Source: Macrostomum lignano
Lineage: Eukaryota
DNA length: 64,000 nucleotides
Assembly: GCA_002269645.1 (NCBI GenBank)
Contig: NIVC01002328.1
Location: 60,923 to 124,922, forward strand
Reading direction: 5' to 3'
The notes beneath the pieces were generated by a model. That model did no database searches and had not been told where the DNA came from. It worked only from the letters and a program-made list of their open reading frames with translations. Of this stretch, positions 47,530-59,500 are shown in pieces (positions within the stretch are counted from its first letter, which is position 1; the number at the start of each line of letters is the position of its first letter). Made by a program: the position numbers and the translations under genes.

Positions 47530-50500
47530 GGTACTACTACTACTGCTACTACTACTACTGCTACTGCTACTACTACTACTACTAGTACCACTACTAGCAT
47601 CACCACAGCAACAGACCTGCGGCGCACTCAACGGCCACTGTAGCCAGCCGGGGCAGGTGCTTAAAGTACATAACCCGCAGCAGATCCTTGACAATCTGAG
47701 GCTGCTCTTGAATCCTCGATCGGCAGGCTTCAAACTTGGCGGCAACGGTGAAACAGCGCAGAATGTTGACACAGACTCTGGCTGGAGTCTCGTCGGGTTT
47801 CGAGCCGGGCGTTATCACGGAGACGCAACGGGAGAAGGCCTCCTGCAGGGCCTCGATGCCGTTCTCGCGACGCAACTCCTCGGCGTTAAGATTCGAGCAG
47901 TTGACAGTGTGGTAGCAGAGCTCGGCGGCAGACTCTAGCAGGGGCACCTCTTTGGAGAACAGCTGATCCTCTGAGGTCTCCATGCGGACCGTTTTAATGA
48001 GTGCCGGATAGCCAGCGTACTTGTAGGGCTGCAGCACTGGGGACGGGAGGGAGAGTTGGGGTGTCCGGCTGGCTTGGGGTTTGGAGTGGATCAGCTGATG
48101 ACAGCCTTTGTGTTTACCATGACAGGGAATATGACTCAGGCTGTATTTACATTACAGGGAATCTGACACAGGCTGTATGTACATTACAGGGAATCTGACT
48201 CAGGCTGTATGTACATTACAGGGAATCTGACTCAAGCTGTATGTACATTACAGGGAATCTGACTCAAGCTGTATGTACATTACAGGGAATATGACTCAGG
48301 CTGTATGTACAGTACAGGGAATCTGACTCAGGCTGTATGTACAGTACAGGGAATCTGACTCAGGCTGTATGTACATTACAGGGAATCTGACTCAGGCTGT
48401 ATGTACAGTACAGGGAATCTGACTCAGGCTGTATGTACATTACAGGGAATCTGACTCAGGCTGTATGTACAGTACAGGGAAAGACACAGGCTGTATGCAC
48501 ACTACATGGAGTGACACAGGCTGTATGCACACTACATGGAGTGACACAGGCTGTATGCACACTACATGGAGTGACACAGGCTGTATGCACACTACATGGA
48601 GTGACACAGGCTGTATGCACACTACATGGAGTGACACAGGCTGTATGCACACTACATGGAGTGACACAGGCTGTATGCACACTACATGGAGTGACACAGG
48701 CTGTATGCACACTACATGGAGTGACACAGGCTGTATGCACACTACATGGAGTGACACAGGCTGTATGCACACTACATGGAGTGACACAGGCTGTATGCAC
48801 ACTACATGGAGTGACACAGGCTGTATGCACACTACATGGAGTGACACAGGCTGTATGCACACTACATGGAGTGACACAGGCTGTATGCACACTACATGGA
48901 GTGACACAGGCTGTATGCACACTACATGGAGTGACACAGGCTGTATGCACACTACATGGAGTGACACAGGCTGTATGCACACTACATGGAGTGACACAGG
49001 CTGTATGCACACTACATGGAGTGACACAGGCTGTATGCACACTACATGGAGTGACACAGGCTGTATGCACACTACATGGAGTGACACAGGCGGTATGCAC
49101 ACTACACAGGCACAGCACTTACAATCCTTGTACCGGCTGAACAGAATGCTCTGGGACCGCAGGATGAGCACAATATTCTTGGGTCGGGGCCCTGCACGAG
49201 GTTGGCTTTGCTGCACAAAAATTCGTAGGCCTTGTTGACCGATTCAAATTTCTCTCGGCCGTCCGGGTTTTTGTCCGGATGATATTTCTGGGCTAAACGG
49301 AAGTAGCTCTTCCGGATCTGCGCCTCGTCTGGGCTGAATGGGACACCGAATTTGGGGATTTGATTCGCTCTTGATTGACAGTTCTCAATTGTTTCGCAAC
49401 TAGAAAAAGTTATCTGTTTAATATCTGTTTCCCAAGCGTCTAGTATCTGTTTCCCAAGCGTGTAATATCTGTTTCGCAAGCGTCTAATATCTGTTTCGCA
49501 AGCGTCTAATATCTGTTTCGCAAGCGTCTAATATCTGTTTCGCAAGCGTCTAATATCTGTTTCGCAAGCGTGTAATATCTATTTCTTAACCGGCCTTAAT
49601 TTGTGATTTCCTAAGCGCCTAATTTGTGATTTCTTAAGCATCTAATTTGCGATTTCCTAAGCGCCTAATTTGTGATTTCTTAAGCATCTAATTTGCGATT
49701 TCCTAAGCGCCTAATGATTTCCTAAGCATCTAATTTGTGATGTCTTAAGCGCCTAATTTGTGATTTCCTAAGTACCTAATTTGTGATTTCCTACGCGCCT
49801 AATTGGCGATTTCCTAAGCATCTAATTTGTGATTTCCTAAGTACCTAATATGTGATTTCCTAAGCGCCTACTTTGTGGTTTCCTAAGCATCTAATTTGTG
49901 ATTTCCGAAGCATCTAATTTGTGATTTCCTAAGTCCCTGGAAGCCAAAGTTCCGTTACCTAATAGCCGACAAACTAATCAAAAGAACGCAAGAATTTTTA
50001 CTACTAGTAGCCACTCACGCTCCATCCTTGCTAGTCAGCCCCAATTCGCTGTAGGCCTCCTCTAAACTCATCGTTGGCGGCCGTTTCTCAACTTCGCGTT
50101 TCCAAGCCTCTAAAATGTCTTTGAGCAAAGCGATTGGCTCTTTGATTGGCCAATCGGGAAATCTGGCAGTGTCGCACAGGTGGCGCAGGTAATAGATATT
50201 GCAGAATAGCTCATTCTCAAGCTGAGGATACTGCACCCGAGGGATGGCGCAGTACTGGTACAGAGCTCTCGTATTAGACTGCAGCCGGGGCGAGAAGTCG
50301 GCCAGGTGGGCGGCAATTTTGCTAATCATGAGACGGCGCATCTCGGAATTCCAGATCGCCTCAGGCGTGTCGAATTCGCCCAGAAATATTTCGGCAAATT
50401 TTTCCGGCGTATAGTTCTCTAAGTAGCAGACCATGGCCTCGGGTAGCAGGTGGCCAAGCACCGACTGCTGCATCAGACTGTGACCGGCCTGGGCGGATAA

Positions 50501-53500
50501 ATTATTAACCAGCTAGTTATACTACTGAGTAGAACCCTAAGGATATTAACGCAAAAAGGTTTCACAACATTTTAAATGAAAATTAAGTCCTTAGTTTGCA
50601 AAACGATAAAAGAACGGAAAAATAAAAATATCATTGTGTACTTTTGCGCAGATATTTTTAAAGTACATCGCTTCTATAATGGAAACAGGCAGCGTATCAA
50701 GTTTGTGAAAATTTCTAATTTGTTAAGTTTCGAGCTCGTGACGATTCGAGCTTGTGAAGTTTTAAGCATGTGAAGCTTCGAGCTTGTGAAGATTCGAGCT
50801 CGTGAAGATTTGAGCTTGTGAAGATTCGAGCTTGTGAAGTTTTAAGCATGTGAAGCTTCGAGCTTGTGAAGTTTCGAGCTGGTGAAGTTTCGAGCTTGTG
50901 AAGTTTTAAGCATGTGAAGCTTCGAGCTTGTGAAGATTCGAGCTTGTGAAGTTTCGAGCTTGTGAAGTTTCGAGCTGGTGAAGTTTTAAGCTTGTGAAGA
51001 TTCGAGCTTGTGAAGATTCGAGCTTGTGAAGATTCGAGCTTGTGAAGATTCGAGCTTGTGGAGTTTCGAGCTTGTGAAGATTCGAGCTTGTGAAGTTTTA
51101 AGCATGTGAAGCTTCGAGCTGGTGAAGCTTCGAGCTGGTGAAGATTCGAGCTGGTGAAGATTCGAGCATGTGAAGCTTCGAGCTGGTGAAGCTTCGAGCT
51201 GGTGAAGATTCGAGCTGGCGAAAACAATTCCTCAGCTTGACATTGTTTCACATTGTGAAGATTCGAGCTTGTGAAGATTCGAGCTGGTGAAGATTCGAGC
51301 TGGTGAAGCTTCGAGCTGGTGAAGATTCGAGCTGGTGAAGATTCGAGCTGGTGAAGATTCGAGCTGGTGAAGATTCGAGCTGGTGAAGCTTCGAGCTGGT
51401 GAAGCTTCGAGCTGGTGAAGATTCGAGCTGGCGAAAACAATTCCTCAGCTTGACATTGTTCACCAACTAAGCTAAGGAACAGTTACACTTTACCCTAATT
51501 TATTATACTATATTAGAACACAGTAACCAGTTAGAGTAGAAAAATTAAAAACATTTTAACTTAACTTACAACATTAACAGTTTGACAGGGCACCACAGGA
51601 GAGGGGGTAGGGAGAGACAAACAGATAGAGGAGGCAACAGTCATGTACATTGCCCAGGGCAACTTTATGCCCAAGCATTAGAAATGTACACTTAATGACA
51701 TGCCAGATTACATACGTGAGGGTGTGTTCAGGCATATGACAGCTATCTACATGTAATATCTCCTCTCTTGCCAAAGGCTGAAACACGCAACTGTATTTCA
51801 TGGCCTGTTGACTTCACTTTTGCGTGCAGTGATTCAACTTCAACATGGCTTAAATATCTGATATCGTTGCACTATTATGCACTTTGCAGTAATAAATGTA
51901 CATGGTGTCTGCAGAATTGCGCTTGAGGAAACAAAATTGTCCAATGCAATAATTTTGAGCTTGATATTTCTAGGCTTGATATTTCCCCATTTCATAACTT
52001 TATGTTAAATATCATGGGGGTATCAGTGTCCCACTGACTGATCAGGGGTATTAGTTCCCCAGTGACAGATCATGGGGGTATCAGTGTCCCACTGACTGAT
52101 CAGGGGTATTAGTTCCCCAGTGACAGATCATGGGGGTATCATTGTCCCACTGACTGATCAGGGGTATTAGTTCCCCAGTGACAGATCATGGGGGTATCAT
52201 TGTCCCATTAACAGAAGCATGCCACAGAGCAGGGGTATCAGTGCCCCATTAACAGAAGCATGACACAGATCAGGGATATCACTGTCCCATTAACAGAAGC
52301 ATGACACAGATCAGGGGTATCAGTGCCCCATTAACAGAAGCATGACACAGATCAGGGATATCAGTGCCCCATTAACAGAAGCATGACACAGATCAGGGAT
52401 ATCAGTGCCCCATTAACAGAAGCATGACACAGATCAGGGATATCAGTGCCCCATTAACAGAAGCATGCCACAGAGCAGGGGATATCAGTGCCTCATTAAC
52501 AGAAGCATGACACAGATCAGGGATATCAGTGCCCCATTAACAGAAGCATGACACAGATCAGGGATATCAGTGCCCCATTAACAGAAGCATGCCACAGAGC
52601 AGGGGATATCAGTGTCCCATTAACAGAAGCATGCCACAGAGCAGGGGATATCAGTGTCCCATTAACAGAAGCATGCCACAGAGCAGGGGATATCAGTGCC
52701 CCATTAACAGAAGCATGCCACAGAGCAGGGGATATCAGTGTCCCATTAACAGAAGCATGCCACAGAGCAGGGGTATCAGTGTCCCATTAACAGAAGCATG
52801 ACACAGATCAGGGGTATCAGTGTCCCATTAACAGAAGCATGACACAGATCAGGGATATCAGTGTCCCATTAACAGAAGCATGACACAGATCAGGGGTATC
52901 ACTGTCCCATTAACAGAAGCATGACACAGAGCAGGGGATATCAGTGCCCCATTAACAGAAGCATGACACAGATCAGGGGATATCAGTGTCCCATTAACAG
53001 AAGCATGACACAGAGCAGGGGATCAGTGCCCCATTAACAGAAGCATGACACAGATCAGGGATATCACTGTCCCATTAACAGAAGCATGACACAGATCAGG
53101 GGTATCAGTGTCCCATTAACAGAAGCATGACACAGATCAGGGGTATCAGTGTCCCATTAACAGAAGCATGACACAGATCAGGGATATCAGTGCCCCATTA
53201 ACAGAAGCATGACACAGATCAGGGATATCAGTGCCCCATTAACAGAAGCATGACACAGATCAGGGGATATCAGTGTCCCATTAACAGAAGCATGACACAG
53301 AGCAGGGGATCAGTGCCCCATTAACAGAAGCATGACACAGATCAGGGGATCAGTGCCCCATTAACAGAAGCATGCCACAGAGCAGGGGATATCAGTGCCT
53401 CATTAACAGAAGCATGACACAGATCAGGGATATCAGTGCCCCATTAACAGAAGCATGACACAGATCAGGGATATCAGTGCCCCATTAACAGAAGCATGCC

Positions 53501-56500
53501 ACAGAGCAGGGGATATCAGTGTCCCATTAACAGAAGCATGCCACAGAGCAGGGGATATCAGTGTCCCATTAACAGAAGCATGCCACAGAGCAGGGGATAT
53601 CAGTGCCCCATTAACAGAAGCATGCCACAGAGCAGGGGATATCAGTGTCCCATTAACAGAAGCATGCCACAGAGCAGGGGTATCAGTGTCCCATTAACAG
53701 AAGCATGACACAGATCAGGGGTATCAGTGTCCCATTAACAGAAGCATGACACAGATCAGGGATATCAGTGTCCCATTAACAGAAGCATGACACAGATCAG
53801 GGGTATCACTGTCCCATTAACAGAAGCATGACACAGAGCAGGGGATATCAGTGCCCCATTAACAGAAGCATGACACAGATCAGGGGATATCAGTGTCCCA
53901 TTAACAGAAGCATGACACAGAGCAGGGGATCAGTGCCCCATTAACAGAAGCATGACACAGATCAGGGATATCACTGTCCCATTAACAGAAGCATGACACA
54001 GATCAGGGGTATCAGTGTCCCATTAACAGAAGCATGACACAGATCAGGGGTATCAGTGTCCCATTAACAGAAGCATGACACAGATCAGGGATATCAGTGC
54101 CCCATTAACAGAAGCATGACACAGATCAGGGGATATCAGTGCCCCATTAACAGAAGCATGACACAGATCAGGGGATATCAGTGTCCCATTAACAGAAGCA
54201 TGACACAGAGCAGGGGATCAGTGCCCCATTAACAGAAGCATGACACAGATCAGGGATATCACTGTCCCATTAACAGAAGCATGACACAGATCAGGGGTAT
54301 CAGTGTCCCATTAACAGAAGCATGACACAGATCAGGGATATCAGTGTCCCATTAACAGAAGCATGACACAGATCAGGGGTATCAGTGTCCCATTAACAGA
54401 AGCATGACACAGATCAGGGATATCACTGTCCCATTAACAGAAGCATGACACAGATCAGGGGTATCAGTGTCCCATTAACAGAAGCATGACACAGAGCAGG
54501 GGATATCAGTGCCCCATTAACAGAAGCATGACACAGATCAGGGGATATCAGTGTCCCATTAACAGAAGCATGACACAGAGCAGGGGATCAGTGCCCCATT
54601 AACAGAAGCATGACACAGAGCAGGGGATATCAGTGCCCCATTAACAGAAGCATGACACAGATCAGGGATATCAGTGCCCCATTAACAGAAGCATGACACA
54701 GATCAGGGGTATCAGTGTCCCATTAACAGAAGCATGACACAGAGCAGGGGGTATCAGTGCCCCATTAACAGAAGCATGACACAGATCAGGGGATCAGTGT
54801 CCCATTAACAGAAGCATGCCACAGAGCAGGGGATATCAGTGTCCCATTAACAGAAGCATGACACAGATCAGGGGATCAGTGCCCCATTAACAGAAGCATG
54901 CCACAGAGCAGACCCAGCCACCCTAGTCCTCACCTCTTCTGTCCGAAACGCCTGCAGCAGGTGGGTGTACTTGAGAAACTGAGCAATGGGTATCAGATTA
55001 GAGCCAGAGTACATCAGTATGAAGAAGAAGACTCCAGTTAGGTACAGCCTGGATATGTAAGGATTCTCCACCATCATATGGTTGAGCAGGGTGGCCACCT
55101 TCTCAACTAGCACAGAGTCGAATGTGAGCAGCAGCTGCACCAGATGCGGCAGGCAGGCGCCGCTACTCAATGCGGTTTTCACCCTGGGCAGCGGCCTGAT
55201 CACGGCGCCAAACTGGTCAGTGCTGGGGAAGAACTCGCACATGCGGATGAGAATGTTGAGCCCGGCCACTGCCAGGTCACTCTCATTTAGCACCTGTAGG
55301 GGTGGGTTTAAATCCCTTAGCATAAATATTATAAATTCATTTCTGTCAAGTCAGTCAGTCAGTCAGTCAGTCAGTCAGTCAGTCAGTCAGTCAGTCAGCC
55401 AGCCAGTCAGTCAGTCAGTCAGTCAGTCAGTCAGTCAGTCAGTCAGTCAGCCAGTCAGTCAGTCAGTCAGTCAGTCAGTCAGTCAGTCAGTCAGTCAGTC
55501 AGTCAGTCAGCCAGCCAGCCAGCCAGCCAGTCAGTCAGTCAGTCAGTGAGCCAGCCAGCCAGTCAGTCAGTCAGTCAGTCAGTCAGTCAGTCAGTCAGTC
55601 AGTCAGTCAGTCAGTCAGTCAGTCAGTCAGTCAGTCAGTCAGTCAGTCAGTCAGTCAGTCAGCCAGTCAGTCAGTCAGTCAGTCAGTCAGTCAGTCAGCC
55701 AGTGCTAACCTCTTTGCCAGTAGCCAGCAGGGTCCAGCGCAGCTGCGGCACGGAAGCCAGAGGTTTCCAGCCCTCGAAGCCCTGCGCCCAGACCCGAGTG
55801 TCCTTATTAACGCTGCCATTTTCGAAGAGCTCCTTGAGCTCGTCAAAGCTGAAGGGCCGCACTTCTCCTTGGCCGAGCTGCCGTAGTACCACTCCTTCTC
55901 GCCCGGCCGGCGCATGTCCGGACTGGCTTCAAGGATGTTCGACTGGAGGAAACGGGTTTGCAGAGTTAGATAGGATGATGATTGATAGACTCATTGAATG
56001 CCATAAATTACTAGTAGACTGACTCACTTGCATCGGGGTGTGCGCTCGAGAAATGTGCAGATGCGCCAGGGTTACAAAGTCGATAATGATTTTCACACCG
56101 TTTGCGTCCAGAATCTCCTTGACGTTTTCCTGTGGGAAATAAACATAATTGAGAAGCTCAGGGTAGCGGCGATCCGGGGAGGGTAGCGGCGATCCGGGGA
56201 GGGTAGCGGCGATCCGGGGAGGGTAGCGGCGATCCGGGGAGGGTAGCGGCGATCCGGGGAGGGTAGCGGCGATCCGGGGAGGGTAGCGGCAATGCACTGA
56301 AGGATCAGGGAGAGGATAGCGGCAATGCACTGAAGGATCAGGGAGAGGATAGCGGCAATGCACTGAAGGATCAGGGAGAGGATAGCGGCAATGCACTGAA
56401 GGATCAGGGAGAGGATAGCGGCAATGCACTGAAGGATCAGGGAGAGGATAGCGGCAATGCACTGAAGGATCAGGGAGAGGATAGCGGCAATGCACTGAAG

Positions 56501-59500
56501 GTATAGTTTTACTAAATGAAAGAAATGGCACAGACCTTGTTGAGCACGAGTCGACTAAGAAACAGCATGAGTCGATCCCGCTCCAGCTTGTCAGTGGTCT
56601 GAAGTGTTGAAACAATGAAACTAATGCATTAGAATCAGCAGCACAATGCGATTGGGATTACATTGGGAGCGAGTGCTCTGATTTCCTCACCCTCTCCAGC
56701 ATGCTAACAATGTAGCGAGTGTCTCCGAACGGCCCGATCTCAGCGTGGCACCGGCCGTACACGATGGTCATGGCGTGAAGGCACATGCATTTCATGTTCA
56801 CTTTTTGCGTCAGCAGAAACCGGTGATAAAGATCGTTGAAGAACTGGAAGCTGAAAGTACAGTTGAGGTCAAAAAACAATCAGAGTGCCTTTGAGTAGCA
56901 GCAGCTACCTGAAGGTCTAGAATGTTCAGCAGCTACCTGAAGGTCTAGAATGTTCAGCAGCTACCTGAAGGTCTAGAATATTCAGCAGCTACCTCAAGGT
57001 CTAGAATGTTCAGCAGCTACCTGAATGTCTAGAATATTCAGCAGCTACTTAAAGGTCTAGAATGTTCAGCAGCTACCTGAAGGTCAAGAATGTTCAGCAG
57101 CTACCTGAAGGTCAAGAATGTTCAGCAGCTACTTAAAGGTCTAGAATGTTCAGCAGCTACCTGAAGGTCTAGAATGTTCAGCAGCTACCTGAAGGTCAAG
57201 AATGTTCAGCAGCTACTTAAAGGTCTAGAATGTTCAGCAGCTACCTGAAGGTCAAGAATGTTTAGCAGCTACCTGAAGGTCTAGAATGTTTAGCAGCTAC
57301 CTGAAGGTCTAGAATGTTCAGCAGCTACCTGAAGGTCTAGAATATTCAGCAGCTACCTGAAGGTCTAGAATGTTGAGCAGCTACCTGAAGGTCTAGAATG
57401 TTTAGCAGCTACCTGAATGTCTAGAATATTCAGCAGCTACCTGAAGGTCAAGAATGTTTAGCAGCTACCTGAAGGTCTAGAATGTTTAGCAGCTACCTGA
57501 ATGTCTAGAATATTCAGCAGCTACCTGAAGGTCTAGAATGTTCAGCAGCTACCTGAAGGTCTAGAATATTCAGCAGCTACCTGAAGGTCTAGAATGTTCA
57601 GCAGCTACCTGAAGGTCTAGAATATTCAGCAGCTACCTGAAGGTCTAGAATGTTCAGCAGCTACCTGAAGGTCTAGAATATTCAGCAGCTACCTGAAGGT
57701 CTAGAATATTCAGCAGCTACCTGAAGGTCTAGAATGTTTAGCAGCTACCTGAAGGTCTAGAATGTTTAGCAGCTACCTGAAGGTCTAGAATGTTTAGCAG
57801 CTACCTGAAGGTCTAGAATGTTTAGCAGCTACCTGAAGGTCTAGAATGTTTAGCAGCTACCTGAAGGTCTAGAATGTTCAGCAGCTACCTGAAGGTCTAG
57901 AATGTTTAGCAGCTACCTGAAGGTCTAGAATGTTCAGCAGCTACCCGAAGGTTCACAAAGCCTACAAAGACTTGAGCACTCACGATTGGCTAATAACCAG
58001 AGTGCTCTCCTCATCGCCAGTCAGCTTGTCGTCCTCTTCCAGCAGCACTCGCAGAAAATAATCGCCAATTTTAATCTCCTCAGCTAGGCTGGGAAATATC
58101 ACTTGAAATTCTTCGTGATTCCAGCTAATCTGCTTCTTGCCGGACAGGTCTTTGTCCGAGTTGAAGGCTCGCAATTCGTTGTCTAAGGCCTCCCTAAGCT
58201 CCTCTCTAGTCCTGTAGTTCCACAGCAGATTCGGCTTGGTGTGGTCCTTGCAGAACTGATAATAGAACATGGCCCAGTTTGCCTCGGACTTGACTCGCTG
58301 CCTCCGCTTGCGCAGCACAATGGGCTTTTCCTCTTTCTGCGGCTGCTTCTTCTGGAAGCCGATTCTAGATCGCCAGTGCACCAGGAAATTCTCAATTTGA
58401 CGCTCAACAGCTCGCCATTGCTGGTTCGCTGACCGCTGGTTCTCCTGGTCGGTGGCCAGCTTCAGATTGTCGCGCGTGTTCAGCCGGTCGATGTCGTCTC
58501 GCGGCGGCTCCTCGGTGGAGTCCAAGTAGGACAACAGGCCCTGCGGCTGCGTTGGGGACAGGGGCCAGGTGCGCGGATCAGGTAGATATGCGACTGACTG
58601 CATCTGACTGCAGTATTGGTGACAGTAGCTGAAGTCTTCTCACACCTGAAGCATTCCTGACCGATTAAGATAAGGGACAGCACACTCACACCTGAAGCAT
58701 TCCTGACAGATTAAGATAAGGGACAGCACACTCACACCTGAAGCATTCCTGACCAATTAAGATAAGGGACAGCACACTCACACCTGAAGCATTCCTGAGA
58801 CAGATTAAGACAAGGGACTGCACACTCACACCTGAAGCATTCCTGACCAATTAAGATAAGGGACAGCACACTCACACCTGAAGCATTCCTGACCAATTAA
58901 GATAAGGGACAGCACACTCACACCTGAAGCATTCCTGACCAATTAAGATAAGGGACAGCACACTCACACCTGAAGCATTCCTGAGACAGATTAAGACAAG
59001 GGACTGCACACTCACACCTGAAGCATTCCTGACCAATTAAGATAAGGGACAGCACACTCACACCTGAAGCATTCCTGACCAATTAAGATAAGGGACAGCA
59101 CACTCACACCTGAAGCATTCCTGAGACAGATTAAGACAAGGGACTGCACACTCACACCTGAAGCATTCCTGACAGATTAAGATAAGGGACAGCACACTCA
59201 CACCTGAAGCATTCCTGACAGATTAAGATAAGGGACAGCACACGCACACCTGAAGCATTCCTGGCAGATTAAGATAAGGGACAGCACACGCACACCTGAA
59301 GCATTCCTGGCAGATTAAGATAAGGGACAGCACACGCACACCTGAAGCATTCCTGACAGATTAAGATAAGGGACTTACAAAGATCCTTCTAAGCAGGGTC
59401 ATGGCCACCTGGTTGTCGGTGACCCACAGTCCGATGAGGTGCCTGCTGAGCTGCCTATTAACCAGCATCCTGCCGTCGGCAGACTGGGTGAACAGAGCCG

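Noticed and set aside
47092-47938. Poly-Leu/Thr/Ser/Val ORFs resembling membrane or mucin proteins
   Set aside because: Translations of a (CTA)n microsatellite within DNAJC13 intron 46812-47616.
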